From the NCBI GenBank assembly GCA_038249055.1, contig JBBRWS010000001.1:78244-142243 (forward strand): a stretch of 64,000 nucleotides of DNA. Reading direction: 5' to 3'. Position 1 is the stretch's first letter; each line of letters begins with the position of its first letter. The notes under the pieces were generated by a model that was not told the origin of the DNA, ran no database searches, and worked only from the letters and a program-made list of their open reading frames with translations. This DNA is from Minisyncoccia bacterium (GTDB taxonomy: Bacteria > Patescibacteriota > Minisyncoccia > Phycocordibacterales > UBA9973). Positions 10,216 to 20,091 of this stretch are shown piece after piece. Both the position numbers and the translations under genes were made by a program.

Positions 10216-10386
10216 AACTTTTTAAATTTTAGCTAGAAATTATGCGAATTTATCCATAGATTACTTTTTGTTTAGATAATTGTCAAATAAGTTAAGTCCA
10301 ATCCATATTCGAGTAAGGACCGTTTTTGCAAATTTATTGCACTAATCTAATTCATTACTATGTAATGATATTTTTAGTATACAAAA

Positions 10387-10425
10387 AAGCCCAGAATCAT
10401 ATTATTGGATTCTGGGCTTTTGTAT
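10387..10425. terminator. bidirectional rho-independent terminator
   Basis: GCCCAGAATC...GATTCTGGGC flanked by A and T runs. Confidence 0.6.
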
Positions 10426-10446
10426 TTTTAAGGCGTAGAGTATTGT

Positions 10447-10923
10447 TTATTGATTAAAGAATAGAACGCATTCTTCACCTTTTGGAATACTTGGAAGTTT
10501 CAGGGTTTTTTTATACCTGCAATTTTTTCCTTCGTATGATTCCGCTTCACCTCTCAAGATGAATGTTCTGGGATTATTTGTTGGACTTTTTTCAACCAAC
10601 TCTTTTCGTACAAAACGGAGAGAGATTTCTTTCCCATTCTTTGGATTAAAATCAAATATAAACATATTGATACCGCCTTTTTCATTAGGGTTTAATTCTC
10701 TTAATTTTCCCACAGTATTGGCAGGGATAACAAGAGAATCAACTCTTACCTCTGTTCTTATAAAAAAAACTGACGAACTTTTAATCTTGTAATCGTCAAG
10801 ATATTCAGTCCCAGCTATTTTTTGTTGCTCGGCGCAACTACAAAGATATAGAACTACAATGCTTAAAAAGGCAATTGGCATTAACACTTTAATTATCCAA
10901 GACCAAATTTTATTTTTCACCAT
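10447..10923 (-). CDS. putative lipoprotein
   Basis: N-terminal signal with lipobox-like LYLCSC. Confidence 0.5.
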   Translation of the reverse strand: MVKNKIWSWIIKVLMPIAFLSIVVLYLCSCAEQQKIAGTEYLDDYKIKSSSVFFIRTEVRVDSLVIPANTVGKLRELNPNEKGGINMFIFDFNPKNGKEISLRFVRKELVEKSPTNNPRTFILRGEAESYEGKNCRYKKTLKLPSIPKGEECVLFFNQ

Positions 10924-11104
10924 GATATATAGCTTTAAATCATTTTATTTATATCCTCAAAATGAGAAACAAATAAAACTATGACATTTGGTGGTATTAA
11001 ATCATATTTATATTGTAGTGTCAATTTTAATTCAAATTTGATAAAGTCCATATTTGTGGTATAACGGGGGAAATAGATAAATCTTCACTTAAAAAACAAA
11101 CCTA

Positions 11105-11749
11105 ATGTATTTATACAAAAGTTTTATATTGCTCATTATCGGGATAATATTTTTTGCTAGTTGCGAAAAAGAAGCATCAGATGGTCCGACAGATTCATTG
11201 TATATTAAATCAGCCGGAATCGATGAGGCGAAAGTCCTATGTATCGATGGAAGAGAAAGGTATTATTTTCCGAATGATATTTTGTTTATAATTCCTGTAC
11301 TAAAAAGTACTCCAGAGATTTTAAATAATTCTATGCTTAAAATAGAAGATTTTAAAATTTTGTCCAATAATCAAGTAAATTTTACCGTATCGGAGATAGG
11401 TTCTGAAATGATCGTCGTACCCGCTTATAAGCTGCCGTTTTGTGATTCTGATTATGATTTTCAATCCGAAAGTGGTGTTAAAAAATTCAATGGTATTTTG
11501 AAATCTGGTGATTTTGTTTTTGCTGTAAAAGTTACAGATGAAAAAATTAATATCAAAATTTTAGATTTAAAAACGAACTATTTAACTACAACCATTGCGA
11601 GTTATAGCAATAATGCTTTAATATTTAAAGTTGGTGCTGAAATATGGCAATTATGGTTAAGTAAAATTTCCAACAGGGGTAATATTTTTCAGATGTTTGT
11701 AGAAGGGAAGGGTTATATTTGTTATTCTTTGTATTTAGCTAAAAATTAG
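11105..11749 (+). CDS. putative lipoprotein
   Basis: signal peptide ending FFASC. Confidence 0.5.
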   Translation: MYLYKSFILLIIGIIFFASCEKEASDGPTDSLYIKSAGIDEAKVLCIDGRERYYFPNDILFIIPVLKSTPEILNNSMLKIEDFKILSNNQVNFTVSEIGSEMIVVPAYKLPFCDSDYDFQSESGVKKFNGILKSGDFVFAVKVTDEKINIKILDLKTNYLTTTIASYSNNALIFKVGAEIWQLWLSKISNRGNIFQMFVEGKGYICYSLYLAKN

Positions 11750-11760
11750 TAGGTATAAAT

Positions 11761-11797
11761 AAAAAAGGTCAATACTTAATAGTATTGACCTTTTTAA
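11761..11797. terminator. bidirectional terminator
   Basis: GGTCAATACT...AGTATTGACC with flanking A/T runs. Confidence 0.6.
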
Positions 11798-11814
11798 TTT
11801 AGATTAATTCATCA

Positions 11815-12171
11815 TCATTTCTTTAATTTATTTATTAATTCAATAGTAAAAGGAAATTTACCCCAAATGGGTTGTTTGTATTTCTCCTTTATACCATCAA
11901 TATAATAATAACCAATCTCGGTTTTTTTAAGATTAATTACTGTAATTTTCTTTCTAACAACAACAGTGTTAATTGTAGCCAAAATAATAAAAATAAGGAC
12001 TAAAATTACAACTGTTACAAATATTAATTTCCAGTCTGGTTCTTTGTTTGTAATTACTACAAAGGCTAAACTAATGAAAATTAATATAACAGAAATTATT
12101 GAGATTACAAGAAACGCAGAGTTTACCGGTTCCTTTGATACAGATAAAAAATACCTTTTTATTGTTTTCAT
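11815..12171 (-). CDS. small membrane protein
   Basis: 118 aa, two hydrophobic helices. Confidence 0.4.
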   Translation of the reverse strand: MKTIKRYFLSVSKEPVNSAFLVISIISVILIFISLAFVVITNKEPDWKLIFVTVVILVLIFIILATINTVVVRKKITVINLKKTEIGYYYIDGIKEKYKQPIWGKFPFTIELINKLKK

Positions 12172-12245
12172 CGGTTAGTTTTTTTTAAGTGAATTGATTA
12201 TTTAAAGAGAGTATTTTTTATAAATTTAACATTAGCATATATAAC

Positions 12246-12290
12246 TGTCAATTTGACAGATTTTATAGAATATTTATAGATTTATATGTA
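12246..12290 (+). promoter_or_regulatory. promoter/operator-like motif, copy 1 (palindrome TGTCAATTTGACA plus a downstream TATAGAT-like box)
   Basis: a perfect TTGACA sits 17 bp upstream of a TATAGA-like hexamer. The motif recurs at 12408. Confidence 0.4.
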
Positions 12291-12407
12291 GAGAGAACGA
12301 TGGTGCTTACATATTCATTATATTAATTCAATAAATATAACTTTTAGCATAAAAAAACCAATAATTACGTTTTTTACCATAGTAAATAAAACATTTATTT
12401 GGATGCT

Positions 12408-12452
12408 TGTCAATTTGACAGAGTTATACATATTTGATAGATTTTAGTCAAA
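12408..12452 (+). promoter_or_regulatory. promoter/operator-like motif, copy 2 (TGTCAATTTGACA palindrome)
   Basis: second copy, about 160 bp upstream of the 12611 gene. Confidence 0.4.
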
Positions 12453-12610
12453 TCATGTTTCTTAAAAATGCTTACAAATTGTATTGCTTGAGAGCAAAAC
12501 ATGCGTTTTTACAAATTCGCCCAAAATATTAAAGACTCGGGGTAACCCACTCTATATATAAAAAACCAATTTTTTTCTAATTTTTATTTATTTACTTAAA
12601 TCATTCTATT

Positions 12611-13246
12611 ATGAAAAAGTTAATTTTTGTTTTGGCGATTATGTTCGCTACAGTTGCTTATGTGAATGCACAGACTCCTGTAAATTTTAATCTTTCGATG
12701 CAGGTTGCAAAGTACATTGAAACGACTACGGGCCCGCTTGCTTTTAATTTTGGAACAGCAACTCACAACGTGTACTATGGTGCTCCTGGGAACATGGATT
12801 TGTACTATCCGGCCACTGGATCATGGGATCTCGCTTATGCAAATTGTGGATTTTCTGTAACTCTTGCAGGTGACAATCCGGCTAGCCAAGGTGTTCCGCG
12901 TTTTGCTAAAGTAGAAGAAGGTACTCATGGAGCTGGGTGGGATGTTTTGAATACCGTTTACCAGATTGGTATTTGGACTAATGGTGAAGTTCAGAATGAT
13001 GCTTTTGGTCATGTTTGGGGATTTGGAGCAAGTTCATTTCCTAAGACAGCAAATTTTACTGAAACTCCTCACAATGGTCAGGTTAAAATGACAATGCTTG
13101 CACACGTGAACTCACACTGGCAGAATGATAAAGATGCCGGTATTCCAATCAGAGAAACAGTCATTAATCCTGCTTTCACTTACCAGCAGTCGGCCGATGA
13201 AGGAACCTACACAGCGAATATGGTTGTTACTTTGGTAGCTCTGTAA
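12611..13246 (+). CDS. secreted protein (locally GC-rich gene)
   Basis: signal peptide MKKLIFVLAIMFATVAYVNA; GC well above the neighbouring DNA. Confidence 0.55.
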   Translation: MKKLIFVLAIMFATVAYVNAQTPVNFNLSMQVAKYIETTTGPLAFNFGTATHNVYYGAPGNMDLYYPATGSWDLAYANCGFSVTLAGDNPASQGVPRFAKVEEGTHGAGWDVLNTVYQIGIWTNGEVQNDAFGHVWGFGASSFPKTANFTETPHNGQVKMTMLAHVNSHWQNDKDAGIPIRETVINPAFTYQQSADEGTYTANMVVTLVAL

Positions 13247-13428
13247 TTATTAAGCATTTTTGTTAAAGTATCCTGTTAAAGGATTCTTAAATTTTAGAAA
13301 AGGCATCTCTATGAGGTGCCTTTTTTGCATCATGTAAATTTTGACAAAACATCAATATTATGATATATTCACAGCAAATTATTAGGATATTTGAAAGTTA
13401 AATACTAACTAAATGAAAGGAAAAAAGA

Positions 13429-13926
13429 ATGAAATTACTATTTGTTTTTGTTTTGTTAATACCAATACTTTGTTTATCTCAGGAAGTTGTATTGAAAAAT
13501 ATAAATATCCCTGGAGATAAAAGTTTAGGTGTTATAAATGGGGCAATATTGAGTGAAAACTTAATTGGTCCTCGTAAAGTAATTTTTGAGAAAAATCCAA
13601 ATCAAATGGTTCTACAAAAAATAGAAGAGAGAAAGTCTTTTCGTTTTGGACTAGAATCCTCTGATATGGATAAACTCAGCACTCTATATTCAGGAAAAAT
13701 ATTTTCTCCTGGAATAACTGAACCTTTTATCTTCGAGAATAAAACACCCGAAGAATTGTCAGTACTTGAAGTAGTTGTTTTTCCTGTAATATTGGAACAA
13801 CCATATACTTTATATATTGACTTGAAAGTTCAAGTTTCTTCAAAAACTGTTTCGGTGAATCAAATAGATTCTGATGACGCAGGAACTTATAATGCAAAAA
13901 TAACAATATATCTAACAGAAATTTAA
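13429..13926 (+). CDS. secreted hypothetical protein
   Basis: signal peptide, 165 aa. Confidence 0.45.
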   Translation: MKLLFVFVLLIPILCLSQEVVLKNINIPGDKSLGVINGAILSENLIGPRKVIFEKNPNQMVLQKIEERKSFRFGLESSDMDKLSTLYSGKIFSPGITEPFIFENKTPEELSVLEVVVFPVILEQPYTLYIDLKVQVSSKTVSVNQIDSDDAGTYNAKITIYLTEI

Positions 13927-13937
13927 AAAAAGCTGGA

Positions 13938-15140
13938 ATGAAAAGAAAAATTTTATTTTGTTTAACGCTTATCTTATTTATAAGTTATGCGTATGCTGTA
14001 AAAGTGTCACCAGTTCGGTTTGATATGACTATTGCTCGTGGTGTAAGTCAAGAATTTGTTATAAATTTAACGGGTACTAAAGGGTCTTATAATCAGGATT
14101 TATTAATATATCCTTCAGACCTTTTTATGTCTCGTGTTGGAACTTTATCTTTTGACACTATTGTAGGAAATAAAAATTCTGCAATAAATTGGATAAAAAT
14201 GGAAAATAATAAAATTTCTTTACTTGAAGATCAGGCAAAAGAAATTAAATTTAAAGTTTCCATACCTTCCAATGCTACACCTGGAGAGTACTATGCTGTG
14301 ATTATGGTAGAACCTGATAAATTTACTAAAATTAAGGATGAGAAGAATCCTTATGCTTTTAAAATGAAAACAAGGGTCGCTGTAGTCGTGGTTTTAGATG
14401 TTCCCGGTAGAGCTTATGAAAAAAAAGGAGAAGTTACTGAAGTTAAAATTCTTGAAACAGACAGCATTGTAAAGATAGCTTCTACTTTTAAAAACACTGG
14501 TGATATACATCTAGATGTAGTTGCTGAAGCCATAATAAGGAGTGCAGATGGTAGAGTTAACTTTGGGAAGTTTGATTTAGGAGCTTTGAGTAGTTCAAAA
14601 AAAGAAGCTTTTATTTTTCCTGATGCTATGCGCGATTTTGAAGGAGCTCTCAGAAGGCAATTGCCGACTGGTGACTATATGGCAGAAGTGTCATATAACT
14701 ATGGTTATGACTTCAAAAAAGCCAAGCAAATTGAAAAATTTTCTGTAAAAAGGAAAATATCACTTAATGAAAACAGTAACGAATTCCTTAGTTTAAAAAA
14801 CGAGGAGTTGAGACTATTGATTCCAAAAGGTGGAAGGAGAACTCAAGTGGTCACAGTTACAAATACCGACTACAGAGTTTTGAATGTGGATATAGCATCT
14901 AGCGATTGGGTTCAAGCTACTCCAAGTATTTTGAATCTAAAACCTGGCGAAGTGCGTAATGTTATGCTTACAATTTCTGCAACTGATTACGATTTGTCTC
15001 AAGAAAAAGAGACGACTCTATCTTTTAAAACAGATAGAGGGAAAAGTGCTGAAATGAAAGTATTTATAACTGGATTGAAAGAAAATCTTGTGAAAAAAAC
15101 CGAAACAAAAAAAGAAGTTAGTCTAAACCTTAAAAAGTAG
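13938..15140 (+). CDS. secreted hypothetical protein, possibly secretin-associated
   Basis: signal peptide; immediately precedes and is co-oriented with the secretin gene. Confidence 0.5.
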   Translation: MKRKILFCLTLILFISYAYAVKVSPVRFDMTIARGVSQEFVINLTGTKGSYNQDLLIYPSDLFMSRVGTLSFDTIVGNKNSAINWIKMENNKISLLEDQAKEIKFKVSIPSNATPGEYYAVIMVEPDKFTKIKDEKNPYAFKMKTRVAVVVVLDVPGRAYEKKGEVTEVKILETDSIVKIASTFKNTGDIHLDVVAEAIIRSADGRVNFGKFDLGALSSSKKEAFIFPDAMRDFEGALRRQLPTGDYMAEVSYNYGYDFKKAKQIEKFSVKRKISLNENSNEFLSLKNEELRLLIPKGGRRTQVVTVTNTDYRVLNVDIASSDWVQATPSILNLKPGEVRNVMLTISATDYDLSQEKETTLSFKTDRGKSAEMKVFITGLKENLVKKTETKKEVSLNLKK

Positions 15141-15143
15141 GAA

Positions 15144-16454
15144 ATGAAAAAGTTAAGTTTAATTTTAGTAGTTTGTATCAGCATGCTTATAGTAAGCTGT
15201 GCTACAATTCGTGAACCTATCCCTGTTAACAAAAAAGTAACTTTGACTCAGGCAGAAATCCAAAGTTTGGAACAAACAGAAGACAATGCCACAGAGGTAA
15301 AGTATCTTTCGATAACAGAAGAACAAAAGGGTACCGCAACGCATCCTCTTGTAAGTAATGTATTTGTTGAGACCGACATTCGTGCCGTCTTGATGGATAT
15401 ATCTACTCAGTCAGGTGTTAATATAATTCCTGATAATACAGTTGAAGGCTCAGTATCACTTACTCTTAACAATGTATCTCTTGAAAAAGCATTCGATATG
15501 ATTTTGTATCCTGGTGGATACAAATATCGTTATGTACAAGATGGTAATTATTACATTGTGGGTAAATCACTTCCGGAGAATAGTAGTTTTGACGCATTAA
15601 CTGTTACAAAGGTGATTAAAACAAACAGAGGTGCTGAAAAGGTACTTTCTCAGTTATCTTCATTTTTTCAGTCGTTCGTTAAAGCTGATGGTCAGACTAT
15701 CACAATCACTGCAACTCCCGATATGATAAATCGTATTGAGAGAGATATCGCATTAATCGACAAGTCAAAAAGATTGATTGAAATATCGGCACAGTTTGTG
15801 ATGGTAGAGTGGAGTAAAGGTGTAAACCTTGGAGTACAATGGAGCGACATTAATTTGAGTGCCATTGGTATTGCAGACATTATAAAAGGTGGAGCGACCG
15901 CTATGTCTTCAAATCTTACTTCAAGTCTTAGTGCCTTTTTATCTTCAAATGGATACGACACTAAAATCAAAACAATCGCTGAGCCCAGGATTGTCGTAGA
16001 AGATGGTGAAAAAGCAGAACTGAACATTACCGAAGAGCATTTATTTTTAATACTCTCTGGTGGAGGTGCTGCTTATAACTATTTTACAACGAAGGAAGTA
16101 TCTGTAGGTATTAAACTGAAAGTACAACCCTTCGTTACTCGTGATGGTCAGGTTCGTCTAGCTATTAATCCCGAAGTTGCTGATATTATCGGCGAAAGGG
16201 AATTCAAGTCAAATGGTGGACCTAGTCAGAAGTTGCCTATAATTGCTCGTCGCTCTACTCAGACTACATTAAAAGTTCAGAATGGAGAGACAATAGCGAT
16301 AGGAGGTCTGATAACAAAAATGGATCAAAATAAGAAGAGTGGAATTCCATTCTTTCGCAAGATTCCATTAGTTGGTTTTGTTTTTGGAAGCCAAAATAAG
16401 GCAGCCAAAGAAACTGAATTGGTAATTTTTATCACTTCCAGGGTAATTGGTTAA
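15144..16454 (+). CDS. secretin (PilQ/GspD family) lipoprotein
   Basis: C-terminal secretin-like signature ETIAIGGLITKMDQNKKSGIPFFRKIPLVGFVFG...ELVIFITSRVI; N-terminal lipobox LIVSC. Confidence 0.6.
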   Translation: MKKLSLILVVCISMLIVSCATIREPIPVNKKVTLTQAEIQSLEQTEDNATEVKYLSITEEQKGTATHPLVSNVFVETDIRAVLMDISTQSGVNIIPDNTVEGSVSLTLNNVSLEKAFDMILYPGGYKYRYVQDGNYYIVGKSLPENSSFDALTVTKVIKTNRGAEKVLSQLSSFFQSFVKADGQTITITATPDMINRIERDIALIDKSKRLIEISAQFVMVEWSKGVNLGVQWSDINLSAIGIADIIKGGATAMSSNLTSSLSAFLSSNGYDTKIKTIAEPRIVVEDGEKAELNITEEHLFLILSGGGAAYNYFTTKEVSVGIKLKVQPFVTRDGQVRLAINPEVADIIGEREFKSNGGPSQKLPIIARRSTQTTLKVQNGETIAIGGLITKMDQNKKSGIPFFRKIPLVGFVFGSQNKAAKETELVIFITSRVIG

Positions 16455-16488
16455 ATTTAGTTAGTTATTTGAATAAAGAATGAATAAA

Positions 16489-16521
16489 AGAAGCAGTACA
16501 AGTGACTGCTTCTTTTTTAGT
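16489..16521 (+). terminator. rho-independent terminator
   Basis: GAAGCAGT...ACTGCTTC followed by TTTTTT. Confidence 0.6.
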
Positions 16522-16660
16522 TTTATTTTTAATACAAACAATATTATAAAAATAATATTCTCGATGGCGGATAATAAAATGGAATGGACAAAAATTATAA
16601 TATGTGTTAAATTAATAAAAATATTGCTCGCAGTGCTTTGAACTCTAAAAATAAAATATT

Positions 16661-17074
16661 ATGAAAAATGTTTTTATTGGGTGTCACTCGGCACCTTCAT
16701 TTGTTAGTGAAGGTAAAACCTTTTTAATAAATCCTAGTTTTATTATTAACAACGAGTTAGAGTCAATATATTTTGATTGGGAAATAAAATGCATTAATGA
16801 ATTACCGGAAATTTCTTTGAGAGTCATAAAAATTACATCTGGCAGAGGTGCGCATATTACAGATATTTCAGAATATTTTATTTTTCCAGAAGAAAAAAAA
16901 TTTGCTGTAATTAAGGCTGTAAAACCTAGAATGAGTGCCATATTAAACACAAAATGTATAATTAAATTTGTAGAAAATATGATTATACCAATTGGAAAAT
17001 TTAGTATTGTTGCTGAAATTAGGTTCTGGGACCAAAGTAAAACTATTTCTCAAATTTTTCATTTAAGAAAATAA
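16661..17074 (+). CDS. hypothetical protein
   Basis: 137-aa ORF. Confidence 0.4.
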   Translation: MKNVFIGCHSAPSFVSEGKTFLINPSFIINNELESIYFDWEIKCINELPEISLRVIKITSGRGAHITDISEYFIFPEEKKFAVIKAVKPRMSAILNTKCIIKFVENMIIPIGKFSIVAEIRFWDQSKTISQIFHLRK

Positions 17075-17078
17075 TTAA

Positions 17079-17113
17079 AAAACGATATGGCTTTTGCCCT
17101 CTATCGTTTTTTA
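17079..17113 (+). terminator. rho-independent terminator
   Basis: AACGATA...TATCGTT followed by a T-run. Confidence 0.55.
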
Positions 17114-17127
17114 TAGTTTTTGTAATA

Positions 17128-17472
17128 TTACAGAGAGAATGAAAATCTTTTCGATTTACTAATCGTCTGACGCACGTGACGTAGGGAACAGAGACCGCGA
17201 GTACGCTTATCGAACCTTACAGGTTCAGTACACCTTTTCGTTTTGATTAACATCAAAAAACGAAAAGCTTTTCGATTCTCTGACGCAAGCAAAGCAGTTT
17301 GCTTGCTTAGGGTCACAACAAAAAAACCGACATAAGTCGGAATTTTTTGTGAGGGTTCTCGAGATAGAACCAGTTGGTTCATTGCCCAGTAAAGCTTGTT
17401 TTACTAATTTTACTTTAAAAGTTTTAACCTTCTCGTGAGACTATAAAAAGTGACAAAAGTGACAGTACTTAG
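17128..17472 (+). repeat. Family A repeat, copy 2 (two tandem tRNA-fragment-like units plus conserved 3' part)
   Basis: 17258-17472 is about 85% identical to 703-938. Contains TTCGATTCTCTG, a 25-nt perfect hairpin, then TAGGGTCAC, which reads as the tRNA-Glu T-loop/acceptor 3' strand split by an inserted hairpin. Also contains the terminator-like CCGACATAAGTCGG followed by TTTTTT. Confidence 0.7.
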
Positions 17473-17482
17473 GCATATAAAG

Positions 17483-18787
17483 TTACTGACTAGTGTCATC
17501 TTTTCTTCTTTGAGCTTCTATAATATTATCTGATAATATTTGCCATTTACCTCTTTGGCCTCTAACCATTCTTTTTATAACAATATCATTTGCTTCTTCT
17601 AGATCAAACCCAGCAGGAATTTTTTGACCCTCTTGATTTTTAATTTTCTCAAATGCTTTATCCATATGCTCTTTTAATCCCTCTGGTACTTTGATATCTT
17701 GAGATGTATTTTTGTTATTAGAATTACCACCACTTAACCTCCATGAAGGTTTCATATCATCCCACAATCTAGTAGTTAAAAATCTATTATTATCTGGTGG
17801 GTACCACGCAAAACTGTATATACCTTGGCTCTTCTCTTCCTTGGATTTTAAATTATCAAAATACATATCTAATTCGGATAAATCTTTTTTTAAATCTTCA
17901 CCCCAAATAAATCTTTGGTCTGATTCCAAAAATAGAGGAACCGCTCTTTTGTGTAATTTATCTGATGAAGTAAATATATTAGTGAATGGTAGATAATAAA
18001 GATATGCAATATCTGCTCTATTACTTTTACGATCCCTAGATATTAAACCAGTGCTAGTGCATAAAATAAAAAATATATCTACTTTTAAAACATATGAAGC
18101 ATATGGTGCAAAAGATTGAATTGGAATCATATTTTCTTTATTCCACATACTTATTATTTCCTTAAATGCTTTGTCGTTAATATTAAGGAAATCTCTTACT
18201 AGTTTAAAAGTTTTATATCTATTACCATGACCTTTTACTATTTTATCTGCTGTATCATAAGCATCTTCTAGTGACTTAGGTTTTTTAAAATCTGAACCTA
18301 ATATATTTTGTATAAGATTCAAATAATAATCATAATCAAATTCTGCCAATAATTTTCTCCACAATGAAGCTGATTCTTTTTCAATTTCTTCAAACTCTTG
18401 TTTTTGCCATCTTTGAAAAGCTTTAATTTCTGGGTGTTGATCATACACAACACCACGTTTACCATTTTCCATAATATATGATTCTCCATGATTAAGTATC
18501 GGGTATCTTGAAAAACTAACTGGATAACCTAAAAGGTCACCGATACATAATTCTCTATGATGTGTGTTTGGACTAGGCCCCATTTCTGGAACTTTTTTTG
18601 ATATCACTTGAACAATTTCTTCTGCTGATCTTGTTTCTGACTCTTTGCTTAAATCAGCTAATGTTTCAATGTAAAATAATGGGGTTATTATTGAATGATA
18701 AAATGCATCAAGCCAAACAGCTTCATCTTCACTTAAAGATTGAAGTAATGATTTATCAAAAATTATTGTTGGTCCCAAGGCTGACAT
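17483..18787 (-). CDS. hypothetical protein, last gene of the thsB-thsA operon
   Basis: 434-aa ORF abutting the upstream gene (18787/18788). Confidence 0.5.
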   Translation of the reverse strand: MSALGPTIIFDKSLLQSLSEDEAVWLDAFYHSIITPLFYIETLADLSKESETRSAEEIVQVISKKVPEMGPSPNTHHRELCIGDLLGYPVSFSRYPILNHGESYIMENGKRGVVYDQHPEIKAFQRWQKQEFEEIEKESASLWRKLLAEFDYDYYLNLIQNILGSDFKKPKSLEDAYDTADKIVKGHGNRYKTFKLVRDFLNINDKAFKEIISMWNKENMIPIQSFAPYASYVLKVDIFFILCTSTGLISRDRKSNRADIAYLYYLPFTNIFTSSDKLHKRAVPLFLESDQRFIWGEDLKKDLSELDMYFDNLKSKEEKSQGIYSFAWYPPDNNRFLTTRLWDDMKPSWRLSGGNSNNKNTSQDIKVPEGLKEHMDKAFEKIKNQEGQKIPAGFDLEEANDIVIKRMVRGQRGKWQILSDNIIEAQRRKDDTSQ

Positions 18788-19492
18788 TTATATTTTATTA
18801 GAGGATGTTCCAATTATAGTAATAATTTCCTTAATTATTTCATAACTTTTTTCATAATTATTATCAAGTAATCTTTTATATAAATTTTGATATGATTTAA
18901 AATCAGAAGGTTGGGCTGTTTTTAAGTGAATAATATCATCTCTTAATTTAATTAATTCCATAAGCCCAATCCATCTTTCATAATCCTCAGCTATGTTAAT
19001 TCCTGTTAAATTTTTTATGACCTTTTTAATCTTATTTTCTATAGACCAGCTAGACTCTATTTCAGTTTTTGAAATGCGTTTATCTTTTTCATTATAAATA
19101 AAATCACTTGGTATAATTTGATTAATAAAAGATTCTAAAGATGTAATAGAAAAAATACAAAAATTAATATTCTGCAACAAAAGTAAATTTATTTTTTTAA
19201 CATCATTTTTTATTTCAACTTCAAGTCTTCTTATTTCCTCTAGACTTTTATATGTTGAAAAAAGATAAAACTCAATTGGATTTGGTGCTGGAAACATTAT
19301 GTTGGGGAATTTTACAGATCCTATATCTCCATGATTCATAACAAAAGTTGTCCCAGGTTCATGTCTTTTAAGTGGATCTTCAATAATTTCTCCGTCAAAT
19401 AAATGAGAAATATTTAATATGTCTTTTGGTTCAAGGTTTAAAGTTCTTGGTTTAAATCTTACTTGTATTTGGTTTGATTTTAGTTCACTCAT
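18788..19492 (-). CDS. hypothetical protein with a C-terminal Rx4H (HEPN-like) motif
   Basis: LIKLRDDIIHLK near the C-terminus; lies inside the operon. Confidence 0.45.
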   Translation of the reverse strand: MSELKSNQIQVRFKPRTLNLEPKDILNISHLFDGEIIEDPLKRHEPGTTFVMNHGDIGSVKFPNIMFPAPNPIEFYLFSTYKSLEEIRRLEVEIKNDVKKINLLLLQNINFCIFSITSLESFINQIIPSDFIYNEKDKRISKTEIESSWSIENKIKKVIKNLTGINIAEDYERWIGLMELIKLRDDIIHLKTAQPSDFKSYQNLYKRLLDNNYEKSYEIIKEIITIIGTSSNKI

Positions 19493-19493
19493 A

Positions 19494-20075
19494 TTATTTA
19501 TATATACAAATATTATTTACTATAGGATATAAAACTTGAAAAATTTGACCTAAAAATACACCAAATACTATTGCATAAATTAATAAAACTAACCAGTGAT
19601 CTTTACCGTTGTTTATCTCTCGAAATATCTTAAATGTTCCTTTTTTATTCAAATCATTTTCTGAATTTTTATCACCAAATAATTCTTTATACAATGTTCC
19701 AATAAATATAATAATTGTATAAAATAACCCAAAACCTATGAATACTTTTAGTGAGCTGTCTGAAATGCGCAATTCCATTGGAACTTTACAATATTCCTGA
19801 GCAATGAATATGATTAAAGAAAATCCTGCACCAGCAATAAAAAGAGATTTAAAGATTGACATACCAGCTTTAATCCAAATTATTATAAATAATATAGACA
19901 AGAAAAATAGAACTATAATTGTTGTTAAGCTATTCATATTAACACCCAAAATCTTTGATAGCATACCTATAAAAATAACACCAATAACAAAAATTAAAAA
20001 TTTAATGAATTTATCTTTTTTTTCATTCTCAAATTTTTTATCAAAAATTAATTTAACCTTTTTATATAATTTCAT
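19494..20075 (-). CDS. integral membrane protein (4 predicted TM helices)
   Basis: hydrophobic helices; operon position. Confidence 0.5.
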   Translation of the reverse strand: MKLYKKVKLIFDKKFENEKKDKFIKFLIFVIGVIFIGMLSKILGVNMNSLTTIIVLFFLSILFIIIWIKAGMSIFKSLFIAGAGFSLIIFIAQEYCKVPMELRISDSSLKVFIGFGLFYTIIIFIGTLYKELFGDKNSENDLNKKGTFKIFREINNGKDHWLVLLIYAIVFGVFLGQIFQVLYPIVNNICIYK

Positions 20076-20091
20076 ATTTAATTTAAATCTA

